Assembly (NCBI RefSeq): GCF_003918875.1
Contig: NW_025767127.1
Span: 62,001 to 126,000, forward strand
Direction: 5' to 3'
Source of the DNA: Haliotis rubra
Taxonomy: Eukaryota
Length of the DNA: 64,000 nt
Positions within the stretch are counted from its first letter, which is position 1; each line of letters opens with the position of its first letter. Positions 13,084 to 26,688 of the stretch are shown in pieces. The position numbers and the translations under genes were made by a program. The notes under the pieces were generated by a model. That model saw only the letters and a list, made by a program, of their open reading frames with translations. It was not told the DNA's origin and did not search any database.

Positions 13084-15151
13084 GTATTTGAGTGGAATAA
13101 GAGCAAATATTTTAAAAACGAATTGCCTTTGTTACATGATATCTGATTTGCTAGTAAAGGATTTCACCATCAGAAGCTTCCTATTAATTTATTTTACTTT
13201 AACATATGTTGCTTGGGGATTACACTTTCTTAAATCAGTACAAATTCTGTTACTTCATAGACTGAGGATTCGAACCCACACTCACAAATTGAAGCACCAC
13301 ATCGCTAGCACACAAACCTGTGTATTGTAACCGATTGTTCTGCCAGATTCCCTGTATCAGTTCGAGGGATTGAACAGCTCATAAACAACTCTTGGTGCAT
13401 GTATCAAAGCGATCAATATTACCACGCACAGAGCTTTAATCGAAAACTATAACAATATCGTATTACTTCGACACATGACAGAAACACGATACAACTATAG
13501 GTAAAAAATACGTTAGTCTGAGTACAACTGAAGCTTCATCACAAAATAATAAAATATGAACTGCATGAATAATAGACGACCGTCCTATTTTAGAAATTAT
13601 AAGCCTGCACTTGCTCAGTTGAAATGTGCACCCCAGTTGCTAATTAAGACAGGTTGTGTTTAGGCTTGTAATAAGGGTCAAGGAAACATGAATATTATTT
13701 TGTAATAAGTTTTGAAACATCATCATTTCAGATGTTAATATAAACATACACATATATTCTGACGATTACAGGTGAGAATAATCACTTAGGTCAAATGGAA
13801 TCCGTCCAGGTTCGAATCCTATCTTGGCCTACCCTTTATTCAGATGACGTTATTACATGACCAAACAAATCCTATAATGTTAATACTATGGAAAAAAAGA
13901 AAGATTGTAATATACAGCTGTCTCAGAAAGATTGAAGCGTTTAATAGACGAAGAATAAGGTCGTAATTTTTAATCGTTGTCGGAAGAATATCAAGATTGT
14001 ACTGAAACGTCTGATGTTGCACCCTGTATTGTGCTAAGCTCGTGTTATCACGAACAGTCAAAGAGCGTTATGGTAGGCATTAAGACATTTAAACCCTTCA
14101 ATAACAAAACTTATGTCTGATATCATTTCCGATTTTGATTTGCACCATATTTTCCCGAATGGTTTGGTTTTTTTGTCAATTTGGAAATTGTACGATACTT
14201 GGAAAACAGGAGTTTAGAAACATAATATAACCTGTCCATTTTGTGTCAGTACATCCTAAAATAATATATTTCCATATCCGACAATGCTGTAGATCTAAGC
14301 GTTTATTGACAAAACATTCGTACAAGACATTGACGTTCGGTTGTGTTATTCGGCAGAATAAACACACGTTGCACAGAAAACGTTACATCACTTAGATGGT
14401 GATTGCTCGTTCTTGGATTTGTTACTACGATTATGTTTGGACATGTGCAGGAGACCCGGATGTATGTTACTACCACAAAGACATGGGTCCTTAGAAATCT
14501 TAATTTATATGTAACTACGATTCCTGTGTAAAATATCACTAAAATGCAAAAGCAACGCTTTCATCCTAACACCCCCGTCTCTCCACGCCTCGTTACAATT
14601 AACCGTTAACAGGCATATACTCCTACAGAGGGAGAATCCTTAATGAACTTTTAACATTACCGACACTAACCCTGATGACCTGCCCCCCTTGGGTCACGCC
14701 TCCAGCTTGTCATAATTACAGGTGGCGATATGCATGTTACACCTGTAATTAGCGCACTACCATATACCGCCACAATGTACACCACGCAGGGGGCGCTAAC
14801 AAAGGGGATGCGATATTGATATGGAGAGAACATGAAAACAATTGTACTCTCAAGTGTTTGATGTTAAACGCCAATGAATTTCTTTGATACCTTGTTTTAC
14901 GGTTGTATATTGTGTTAAAAAGAACATAGATATCTACCTCCGCTGTTGAAGACCTGGTGAACCGGAACACCCCGAATACACCAAATTATATGCGAAATAT
15001 GTATACATATCCTTGTCATCTTTAACGGATATTCCTTTCTAAATAAAAATATGCCTTTTAATGCATTGATGTTGATAGGCATCATTAATTTCGTTTTCGT
15101 TTTATGGTACTGAGGAAATTAATGGAATTATTTCCACTGATGCATGTACAT

Positions 15152-15310
15152 GTGTGCTGGCGATTAGGTGCCTGACTCTGAGGGTGTGGGTTCGAATCCC
15201 GGATGGGACTCAACCCCAAAAGTACTAGAATCTGTACTTTACAAAGAAAATGAAATCCCAAATATATCATATGTTACATTTGACCACTTTCTAAAATGGC
15301 ATTGTGTATT
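15152..15310 (+). mobile_element. tRNA-derived SINE family C
   Basis: Core gtgcctgactctgagggtgtgggttcgaatcccggatgggactcaacc. Further copies at ~20850-20995, ~35640-35810 and ~13230-13312 (minus). Confidence 0.75.
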
Positions 15311-17327
15311 TCATGTACATATCAGTCAAAAATGTCATTGATCTCTGTTTTACATGTTTACATTATGTGGCCGGGAACGATATTTGACCAATATACGTGT
15401 CAAATTGTTCTGAGTGTAGCTTGAAATTACATATACTTCAGGTCATAACCAATATGTATACGATAAAAAGTGACTTAGGAAGGTTGAACAAGCTAGTTTG
15501 ATACCAATTTTGAAATACTATGTCAGAACAGCTTTCTGTAAACATTCGGAAAAATACTTGTATATCTCCACAAACTTGGGCTACCTAAATACACGAAAAG
15601 TTTATACCAGGATCCTTCTGGATAAGTCCGGGTAAAATGCAAGATTAAACGTCAGAATTGAACAGTTACAGATGAAAGAGAGTTTACACCGTTCTGTTAA
15701 CCATCAATCATCACAGGTGTTGCCCACTTGAGAATACCCAACGGTTGTTTTTCTTCAGCAGTAATCGGTCTCTGATATCCAATCAATATTGTTACCTTGG
15801 TCATAATAGTCAGGATATAACACGACACATTCAAACATAATTAAAAATATCGTGCATGTATTTTGCCTATTTGTTATTGTTCATATATTGTAAAGCTTCT
15901 ATACTACTCCAATATTGCATTTCTTAACGGGTATATCGCTCCTGTATATTTTGGTTTAAGAACTTCTGTCGTAAACATTAGAATATGTAGGACCTTAGAG
16001 CTGAGAACATGCAGGTGGTTCAATTGTATCCTGTTTAAAGCATTCTTCATCAAATCATTCGGTTCGGTGGTTAAGCATGAACACAGGTTCAAAATTGACT
16101 CCGGAATAGTAAAACAGTTCTGTTACTTTCTCTGTAGAAGAATGGTGATAATTTTATGGATATACAACTTCTTTATTGTGAAAGGCGACGTTGCGATATA
16201 GATTCTAATGTCGTTGCCAAGGTTTCGTTTCAAGTCTGAAATTTTAGTTTTCAGTAGATGCCACTGCGGTGTGGAACCTTCCACAGATTAGAAAAAAATA
16301 TCTGTGAATCAGGCTACTGTTCATGGATCCCGTGCCTCCGTGAAGACCCATGGTTAGATTTGGTGCCAAAATATTCTGATAGATGTTATGGTGTGAAAGG
16401 TTATGCTCAATTGTAATATATATGTATTCCTATATTTCTTCATGATTTGTGATGTTTCAGATTTTAAGTGTTTCAACGTCTCTAATAACCTTTATGATGG
16501 CTTATACATGTTAACTCGTTATATATTGTATTTTAAACTCTGTAAATGTATTGGCGAGACGAAATATACAATCGTTTTTCTCTCTCACCTATGCTGGACG
16601 TAAAGATACTGAATGTCATACCCAAAAGGCATGCACTGTGGCTTATTTCTATCGCTTGGCTGTCTGATCCAAACTCCAATATTTACAATGTATACTAATA
16701 TTAACATTACAATATATTATAACACTAATATTACAATATATATTGTATTGCTATGTGGCGTTCATCAACAAAGTTTGAGTACGTAAAAGCTAGATGGTGA
16801 ATTTCGGTTGAGTGCAACCTGTATCTTGAATGCAGTTTAAACGGAATCGCTTATCTGAGAATTAAATTATGAATATTACACGTGGAAATGATAACTAATT
16901 GGCGTGGTCCATATGTGGCTAACACATTTGTTCATAAATATCAATTGTATGCTTGGTGTTTTACAAGCTGTCATAAGTGACATTATCGCTGCTGCCTGAA
17001 ACTCAGGCGTTTTTTCCGCATCCTGTTGCAGTCATAAACTAGGTGTTATAATTCCTTGTCATCAATCTGTGCTAACCATTTCGTGAATATCCATTTCAGG
17101 ATTACTTTTTAATTTAATTATATCCATCCAGCTTTGTGTTTTATCGCCATGGTTTGAGGTTATGTGGAAACAATATTCTGATCGGTGTATTGAAGATCGA
17201 TAAAAGTTTCCCCCTTTGGGGATTCAAGAAACTTAATATTGTTGGGTTGGATTTACAGCTGACATAAACATAAAGAATAATGTTGGGGTGATAAAGATGT
17301 TATTTGTGGAGAAAACCCACACGCGTA

Positions 17328-17461
17328 CAGGTAGCCTGTGGTTGAAACGTTCACTCGTCACGCCGAAGACCCCGGTTCGATTTCACATGGGTACAATGTG
17401 TGAAGTACATTTATGGTGTCCCCTGTCGTGATATTGCTGGAATATGCTAAAAGCGGCGTTG
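17328..17461 (+). mobile_element. SINE family B copy
   Basis: gtagcctgtggttgaaacgttcactcgtcacgccgaagaccccggttcgatt...gctggaatatgctaaaagcggcgtt. Confidence 0.85.
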
Positions 17462-17479
17462 ATGAGACAACGCTTTAGC

Positions 17480-19265
17480 ATCACTCGTTTATTAATCAAA
17501 ATAATCCACCATCGGTGGTACATGAGTACATACAAAATGTACAACAAGACGACTAAATGATACAAGTTTATGGAACTTTGACAAATTTGGCCAGGAACTA
17601 TAAGGTTCTTTTAACAACGATTTACGTATGTATGCAAAATAATTACATTTAAACAAATAGTGAAACTCATCTCTAATCAATTGTGAATCACATAAGTTTC
17701 CAAATCTGTGTTCTTTTTGGCTATTTCCCATTTTCTATGGGAAGTTTATGGTTGCATGTTGTAACCATAAACGGTTTAGAAATATCATCTTAGAGAAGTA
17801 GGTATTGTTCAAATTTGGGAGAGCGCTTCTGAACTTTATAATATATTCCTTTAGAGGAATTTTGCATATCGCTAGTCCATGATTGTAAAAATCGGTCTTT
17901 TAAAATTGATTCAGCCTTTGAAATGATCCATGATTTTGAGTATAGATGAGGGTGGTGAAACACATCAGGCAATCCACACTTACAGAGGATATGTTTAATA
18001 TGACTTAGCCAGACATAGTTATGTGATGTTTCGTTTTGTTTAGTAATATATTGAAGAATAAAAGCTGCTGTTCGTTATTTGGATGTGATAATGTCAATTC
18101 ACACCAATACGAAATTAGTCGTTTCGAAATTTTAAGCTGAATAGGTTCTCTACCAAGTTCCCAGTACTGAAGTTAATTGAGTACAACCTGTACAGGTTGT
18201 GGCGGCGCGTGGTCCTGTGCTCAAAGCTCAGGTCACAAATCGGTGAAGTTAAGCAGCGTCAAGCTCGGAGAGTCCTTGGATGGGTGACCGTGTTTGGCAG
18301 CTTGACTCCTGAGAGTTTCTAGGACTTGAGTCCTGCCCCACAACGAAGCACATGTGACACATTGTGGTCTCACCTTGGGCAGTGAGTTTGTTCAAAATTG
18401 CCTCTGTTCAACCAGCAGGAGAATGGGTACCCGGTAGAAAAAAGTCATATGACTATAACCTTCTAGCGCCAACAGGCAGCTTGGGTTATCCGGGGTAATA
18501 ATGTGCTATGAGCATACCTAGTGTCGAGTTTGGCGCTATATAAATGGACACATTAAATTAGGGGTGTTATATTTTAAACCAGTAGCTAATTTAAGAAATT
18601 TTAGATGTACTCTTTCTATCATGTCAGTCTTCTCATGTCCCCATATTTCACATCCATACATCAATATTAGTACTACTAATCTGTCAAATGCAGAAAGGAG
18701 CAGGTGCAGTGGCAATTTAACATTTCTAGCATGTTTTCGTAGCGCAATTGATGCCTTCATACCGAGATCGGCTATGTGTTTAACAGCAAAATTCATACGA
18801 CCATTTCTGTGTAGTAAAGTTCCAAGGTATTTATACGTCTCTACAACTTCTATCGTATTATCATATAGTACAAACGATTTCTTATAACTAGCTGCAGGAC
18901 CGGAACCAAAAACAATAATCTTAGTCTTACTAATATTTACTTTAAGTTTCCATGTAATATACAACAAATGTATTCAGTGTATGTTGTAAGTCATCATGAG
19001 TTTCAGCTAAGAGGATTGTATCGTCAGCATAAAGTAGAACTAGCAATTTTAAGTAAATAATAAACTCATCATTATTTGATTCTAATTCAATACCAACACA
19101 TGCTTGTTCTTCTAGGTGGGATTCTAGGTCATTTAGAAATAAGGAAAATAAAAGAGGAGACAAACTTTCTCCTTCTCTAACTCCTGAAAGACAATCAAAG
19201 AAATCTGATCTTGCAGATTCTACCATAACGCAGGATTTTATGTCATTATACATATTTTGTATTTT
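17480..19265 (-). mobile_element. Degenerate LINE reverse-transcriptase region, interrupted by a SINE
   Basis: Motifs GVREGESLSPLLFSLFLNDL, LLYADD, VNISKTKIIVF, YKYLG, MYGCEIWG, GELGR and DEFHYLFKC are spread across frameshifted ORFs. Confidence 0.92.
18168..18550 (+). mobile_element. Composite SINE with 5S-rRNA-derived segment, inserted in the LINE
   Basis: 18245-18290 gaagttaagcagcgtcaagctcggagagtccttggatgggtgaccg resembles the 5S internal control region. Downstream are a ccttgggca...cctctgttcaaccagc..aatgggtacc core and a gcgctatataaat tail. Confidence 0.7.
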
Positions 19266-19420
19266 ACACTTGATACCAGTTTGTCTTAATTGGGTGTGTA
19301 ATAGCTATCAAATATGTTGTTTCATTGTTTGGGGTTGTTGAACGCTGCAGTTCCAACAACATGACAACAGGTGTATAAACCGAGCGGTGATGAGACAATC
19401 CTTTGATTTACATCGTGAGT

Positions 19421-19580
19421 TAGTGAGTATGGTTTTACACCGCATTTAGCAATATTCCAGCAATATCACGGCGGGGAACACCAGAAATGGATTTCACACA
19501 TTGTATCCATGTGGGGAACCGAACCCGGGTCTTTGGCGTGATGAGCCAAAGCTTTAACCACTAGGCTACCCCATCGCCCC
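19421..19580 (-). mobile_element. SINE family B copy with 16-bp TSD
   Basis: Full A and B boxes on the minus strand; flanked by gatttacat(c/t)gtgagt on both sides. Confidence 0.9.
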
Positions 19581-20444
19581 GATTTACATTGTGAGTAAGG
19601 ACCCACGCTCCGGGGAAAACACCAAGCGAGCCTGACCACCCGATCACTCTGGTCATATCATTCGACCAGCAAAGGTTACTGGGGTTCTATTGTAATCCGG
19701 ATTCCCTACGGGTGTATTTAATCTGTTCTAAACCACGAGCAGCAGAATACACGTGGTGTCTGGTTTAATCTGTTATTTCATGGCTGTCTCTTGAGCCCTA
19801 TTGTATCGAAACTTTTCCGTTTATTGATCGTAATAATAATCGATATCATAATAAGTCCATATTTGATATTGGAGATAAATAAAAGCACTATACTTCCTCT
19901 GAAACCCGGCAATTGGAGTATGTTCAACACTCCGGTCCGAAACACACACTTCAACATGTTGACACCGACTGGTTTATTGTTTAGACGAGATAATTTATAG
20001 GAACTGGTTGAAATAGTTCTTTTTTCTGTTTTATGACGAAGCAGATTGCGGTTTGTTGTGGAGCAGACTGAATATGATATCTCACAGCACCAACCACAAT
20101 AGTTCTAGCTAAATAATCACTGAGATTACTGAGATAATGAACGATTGGTAAAGACCTGATTAGGTATGCTGTTGTCTGAATCCAGTTCAAATTCATTCAC
20201 ATTTATCCAATTTCTCAAAACCACTCACACTGATGCAGAGTACAAAGAATATTAGTATAATTATTATTATAATCCACTGAATGTCTAGGAAAGTACGTAT
20301 TCCTTGCAATGAAAAACGTAAATCGTTTGTGTCACCAACTTAACCATGACTATTATTATACCACCTGTCAACTGTGCGGCGTTCCATCAGCATTTATATC
20401 TTTGTACAATGCACTGTATAATGGGCCTGTGGACCCTCTACTGC

Positions 20445-20775
20445 AATAAAGTCCTTCATATAGCGCCGAGTTCTATTTCTATAGCGCCGAGCTCCAGCTC
20501 GGCTGCCCACAGGCGCTTTGTTTTTCCCTCGATCACTGGATGTCAATCTCAACGACACTTCGTATTATCAATCTCAACTCCCTAGGGATCATACAACTCT
20601 TGCAGCCACTAGGCGTACTGAGTTAATGTGGCTTTCCCATCCTTACGAGGTACCCATTCAGAGCTGGGCGGACTGGGACACATAGTCACAGTACTTAGTC
20701 CACGTTTACTGCACGTTGCTGTACCTGCAACAAGGCATTTGCATGTGGCCACCATCTGGCCATTTACCAACCATT
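20445..20775 (-). mobile_element. SINE with Deu/Nin-like core
   Basis: Minus strand reads cagtccgcccagctctgaatgggtacc and ends in duplicated gcgctata tails, related to the 18168 element. Confidence 0.5.
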
Positions 20776-21318
20776 CCTGGGTTCTTGTAAGTGTACAGTA
20801 ATAACTGACCTCAGATACAGAAAAAATGTATGTCAACTTCAGCCGCTTTGAGTGCCTGACTCTGTGGGTGTGAGTTCGAATCCCGGATAGGACTCAACCC
20901 AACAAAACTAGAATCTGTACTTTACTGAGAAAGCGTAATCCCAAATATATAACATTTGTTACATTTGACCACTTTCTAAATGACATTGTGTGTTTATATC
21001 AACTTCACAAGTGATAAGTGCTGTGGATGGTTGACACACACACGCACGCCCGCGCGCGCACGCACACACACGCACACACACACCTGTCAGCTTATGGGTA
21101 TTGGGTAACTTCTAATAACATTAAGAGATGTATAAAGATCTATAGAAAGGCGAGAATTTATGGATGTCAACTTCTTTATTTTAGGTACATCAGGTCCTGT
21201 TGAAGGAGTAAGAAAATACTCCGAAACGTTGTGTTCCTCTAATAAATAAGTTGATTTCCATTAATTCACGCCTTTCTATGGATTTATAGAAAGTTAAAAA
21301 ACAGATTTAAAGAAATGT

Positions 21319-21497
21319 ATTTATCACTGCACAATGGGAAGTACACACGCTGTAGTTAATGTTTTCTATCTGTTCAAACAAGTTGTTTTCCATCTCCAGA
21401 TCAATGTTTATCACTGCTCAAGGGGAAGTACACACCCTGTAGTTAATGTTTTCTATCTTTTCAAACAAGTTGTTTTCCATCTCCAGATCAATGTTTA
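21319..21497. repeat. 87-bp direct tandem duplication
   Basis: Two copies of tttatcactgc...ccagatcaatg. Confidence 0.9.
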
Positions 21498-22024
21498 CAG
21501 TGTCAACATTTCTACAAGATGTAATATTTTAAGTAAGAGGTATTTTTAAAATATTCGAGTGATAAATATTATTTTATGCCACTTGTTTTACATGGCATAC
21601 GCCATGGATAAAAGCTATCTGTGTGGCGAGTCTGTAATAGTATCATCCATATACCCACTCCTCCATCCATCCATTCAGCTACCCATCCATCCATCTTTAA
21701 GATAGTGGTGGTTGCCGTTATCCGATATACTAATGGGAGGAGAATAGATTTGAAGACTGTTCTGAATACAGAGATATCCCTTATCAGCATATTTATATCA
21801 TATTTATGTATATAAATGAGAAGGAAATCAAAATATAAAGGTTGTGCATATTTTATTATTTCTGCAAAATGTGGTAAAGAAAACAGCCTTGCCATGGTGG
21901 GTGGTCTGAATATTGTGTTCGGTATTCCCTGACAGAGGAACAAAGTCAAAGTTTGTAAGTGCCGCCTAAAAATATATTCTATATCTGCTTGTTTCTCAGA
22001 CCCTATAGCATGGTGGTAAAGCAA

Positions 22025-22200
22025 ACCTCATCATTTCACTAACACAACACGAGACAAGGTAACACAATATTTCATCTCTGCATGATTCTGCGTTCCCCTT
22101 GTCTACACCTCACCATTACACTGACACAACACGAGACAAGGTAACACAATATTTCATCTCTGCATGATTCTGTGTTCCCCTTATCTACACCTCATCATTA
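22025..22200. repeat. ~82-bp direct tandem duplication
   Basis: Two copies of acacaacacgagacaaggtaacacaatatttcatctctgcatgattctg. Confidence 0.9.
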
Positions 22201-25200
22201 CAATGACGTATATAACCCATTATACAGTCACAGAATATTTCACTTCTTTAAGAAGTTAAATTTCCAATATTGTTTATGGCCGTCGCGATCTTAATACGTC
22301 AATACTCAACGTATTAACTCTAAGAGCTCCTATATTCAGATCTCTGTATAGAAAGAAAAAGAGAAGTCAAAAGCCCTGAGAAAATAGAAGTGCCCAATTC
22401 CAACACTTTCACTCACGAATCCTTGTAAAGATGTAAAACTAGGGGTCTGGGACGTCAATAATTCCTTGCTTACATGATAATACTTATTATCATTATTATC
22501 TCACTTGTCATACATTCTGTCGAAAATAAACTAAATATTTCCTGCAACGGATGAAAGAATTTTCCAAAACGCATGTAAAGACTTTCAAGATGAAAGGTAA
22601 GGTAAATTGTATTTTAATGGTAAAATTAAAGCACCGTACAAATGAGGCATGGCTGTTTCACACCTTGTTCCGTTGGGGACACAGGTAGCCATTGTCCCCA
22701 TGAGCCTCACCCTCACTCACTCACATCACACACCTTTTGTCCCGCCCTTAACTTGAAATCACAAGGTTTTTGTTACCGCAAAGTGATAAATTGTCTCTAA
22801 TGAGATCTTCAATACAGCGTCGAAAGGAGAAACAAAACTACCGCGTTGTTGTGTGAAACAAACCTGCGTAAAGTGACGTCATTGGTTCTGAGCAATTAGG
22901 CGCGCATATCTATCCCCGTTGTCCGCGGTCAACACTTGACCATTGTAATGCTGATGTTGGCCAAGACGGCGACGTTTGATCTGCCACAGAATCTTCTGTC
23001 ATCGCAATGCAGTAATAAGCGCACTGATCGAGACGAATCGTTTGAGAGGGACTTATTTAACTTGTTCGAGATTTACAACGTGTTGCTCATTTGGCGGGAA
23101 TTTGTCCCTCTTCATCGTGAATGAAGAGCACATGGGGGGGACCTAGCCATGTCATCGTCTCTGTACCAGGGATTTATGATCCTCTTCAAATCCCCATCCA
23201 CTGTTCCACGCCGGCGTTATCTACAACACAAGCACCATGGAGCAGGCGGTGAAACTTTGGTAGCACTCGGGAACTAGTTTATTGGGTTTTGAAGACAGAT
23301 CGACAGGAATATTATACAGCAACACTAATTTGTTCTCAATGAAATAATTAGTGGGACGATTTATGGGATATAATAAAATGTGTCCCCACACGAACCCTGT
23401 ACAAAGATCGAACCTTGTGTACATCATTATATATAAATTAACGTGATATCGTGTTACACGTGAGTTTGTATATCTAAAAATAGTTATTACATGATTATAA
23501 TGATGCTAATAACCAACTTGTCTCCAGTAAACTTGTTCAAAATCGACTTAAAAACACTTCATGCACCAAAACCCATTTCATCACCGCCGTCACTTGAAAA
23601 CATCGTCTCCACTGCTTTTAAATATTATAGCGACGAGTAAGCACAACACGTGTTATCATTAATATATCTATTGATGGATGGCAGCTACAGCTGTTTCAGT
23701 GAAACCATACCGTTCCCAGTTAAATCGCCTGGCTTTCTGATTGAGAGTACGTTGACTGTCTCATTAGAGACTATTTTATATCACTTTCCTGTTACCAAAA
23801 TTTTGTGATATGGTCATTCACTGCTTATGATATACTCAGAATCTTGCAACTGGTTCTTATTTAGTGGACATTTATTACGAAAAAGAAAAAATAATCATTT
23901 TATCTGTGCCATATTATGCTTTTGATATATTCCCGGGGAGTTTGTCCTCATGTATACATCTAGCTGTCCCTAAAGTTTACATTAGAGAGACGGGTTGCTT
24001 GATAAACGAGTTGTCACTTTTTCTGTTGTGTGGACAGTGTTATTTGTAAGACATATGGATCACCACCATCAGAACCGACATGTACATAGTGTCCGATATC
24101 CGGCGTCTCATGAAATGGTCGAACGAACGATTAAATGTATTATTTTAAATAGATATTCATTTTTTAAATTTTGAAAAATGTCTTGCTTTAAATATCATTT
24201 GTGGTTACCATTGTGGAACACACATTCTACTTGTACCGGTATATGATTTCAGATAATCACATTGTTAATAATCATATTTATACTCCGAAGCAAAGTGAGA
24301 GACAGACATAAATGTCTATAAAGTCTCACCTGATGTGCAGCTATATACACGCTTTAAACAGATGAAAATACACAGGCCGTTTCCTGTGGAACTGCTTGGG
24401 CGATGTACATACTTTGTAACCTAACATTTTTACAAATATAGGCATAAACATGATGGCAGTGTTCATCGTATATAGGTTATTTTGGCAGATATTGTAATAT
24501 GTCCCTGTTGGGCGTTAAGTACAACACATCTGTACGCCAGACAACAACATATTCGTTATCAAAATAAGTTAAAATGTACAAACTCTCTGTTCAGTTGGTA
24601 GGTTATCATTGTACAAACTCTATCCCTGAGCTTGGTCAATGCGGGTCGATCTGCGAGACATTGTCTTGGCAAAAACTAACGCATAGTCTTTGGAAATATA
24701 TAACTTTGTTTGAAAAAGGTCCTTGTAAATGAAAAGTATGCCCAGTCAGATGGGACCTTCAGAGCATGTGGACAAACTAGACATGATTCATTTAGGAGCA
24801 AGAATGACGGCGAGGGCTTGGCTGAATGGATGGAGGTTAATATGGCTCAGGGATTGTAAGATAGACTATTCTGGGAAGCACAATGTTCCACACAATATTC
24901 AGTTCTGAGCACGCTATATGTGCGTAACATGCACTATTGTGCACACTATTTGAAGGTCATTGATCAGTTGATCTATGTTTGATGTAATTTTGGTTGTAAA
25001 ACGAATTGATATACATTACAATTCCCGTTCCTACATTGGCATGACTGACACTGTTCTGGCCATTGAACGCTGCTCTGTTCAATCTGATTTTTATTGACCA
25101 ATCCCTTTTTTTAACTGAGGGACACAGCTCATATCTCAATGAAGTATTAAAGGTACATTTCCCCATCATCTAAAAAATATCAGCTTACAGTCAATCAGAT

Positions 25201-25561
25201 GACTTCTGAAACCCGACAACGGTTGAGATTGGCTAACACAGCATCTCAGACCTGTCCCTTGGGAGAGGTTGGCGTCCGGGAGAGCTTATACGCTTCAAAT
25301 TTTGCTGGTGCCGACAAACCGTCATATCATGTTTGAGATGCTAGTGTCCAGTGAGAGTCAAAGCAAATACAATTAACTGTGGATTTAACAAACTCCAAGG
25401 GTTGGTTACACGCATTTCGACCAAAACATACAACATGCGTTCTGTCATGCGTCTGTCACCCGACAACAAAACCTAACGCGTACTCCCGTAGCGAAGATGA
25501 CGACCCATGCCTGCACTGCGAAAACAAGACATCCTCATCCTAACAAAGGGTTGGACCATAT

Positions 25562-25652
25562 GTGAGTGAGAATGGGTTTACGCCGCTTTTAGCAATATTC
25601 CAGCAATATCACCAGAAATGGGCTTCACTCATTGTACCCATGTTGGGAATCG
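25562..25652 (-). mobile_element. SINE family B partial copy
   Basis: gtgagtgag..tttacgccgcttttagcaatattccagcaatatcac..tgtacccatg. Confidence 0.8.
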
Positions 25653-26382
25653 ATATTGGGCAGGGGCGTGTGTGTGTGTGCGTACGCGCGCAGTTCATTT
25701 GCACAAATATGGAGTCACAAGCTCAACAAGGCCGCTAGAAGCAAAAGTCATCCCAGCACACCTATCCCGGGCCATAACCGTGACAGAAAGACTTTTTGCC
25801 GGGGTAATTTTTCTCAATTAATCAAATAACACCAGGTGGTAGATACCCACCGCAGTTTATCTATGTGCTATTTAGCTATTTAGCTGTAATAAGATTGATA
25901 GTTTGACAAGCTGCGACAGCACATGTTACACATTCGCCGCTCGCTTAACACACTCACTCTTACTTGTTTCCCGTTACACTATGAATCACTTCATCATGGG
26001 TTAAGGGTCAATGTATCCTCCAATCAAATGACTGATCTCATGATCGGTTACTGCTAGGCACATAACGGATGAGTGGAAAACAGATTCACATCTAGTAGAG
26101 GTTGTGTATCAGGGGTGAAAACAAGCTCACAAGTTGAACGTTTTTATACTCGCAATACATACAGTGGTTGCTACCAGACTATGATTCAGCGATACAAACT
26201 GACTTCAGCACAAGACGTATCTCCACTAACGTCAATTCAGTCTCACATCATACACAGTGCCAATCCTTCAATCTCCCCTTCATTTTCCCCTAACTTCTCA
26301 ATCTCCCCTTCAGTTATCCAGATGTGGGAAGAATAATGACAATTATTATGGATATACAACTTCTTTCATTCTGTGGAGGCGA

Positions 26383-26688
26383 TCCCCGACCGCATCATAC
26401 CAAAAGACGTTAAAATATGGTACTTGTTGATCCCTGCCTGGCGCTCGGCATTAATGGGTACAACAAGGACTGGTCGGCTCGGAGTCAGTATAATGTGTCT
26501 GAGTGGGGTGTTCATGCTTCACTGCGGCATGGTATCTCAGTGGGCTAACACTATAAAACCAGCTTCAGTCTGGGCTAGTACAAGCGGCCGCACACACACA
26601 TACACACGCATGCACGTCGTCATATGAGTGAAATATTCTCAAGCACGAGGTTAAACCAAATTTCACCTCACCTCACCTGTGGAGGCGA
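26383..26688 (+). mobile_element. 5'-truncated SINE with V-domain-like core, TSD ctgtggaggcga
   Basis: Core cataccaaaagacgttaaaatatggtac..ccctgcctggcgctcggcatt. Direct repeats of ctgtggaggcga flank it. It splits a sequence that is intact at ~16137-16222. Confidence 0.75.

Noticed and set aside
18245-18290. 5S rRNA gene
   Set aside because: Only ~46 bp of diverged similarity, embedded in a SINE-like insertion.
24400-25560. Possible decayed transposon coding sequence
   Set aside because: I found stops in the frame I read and no motif I can confidently name.
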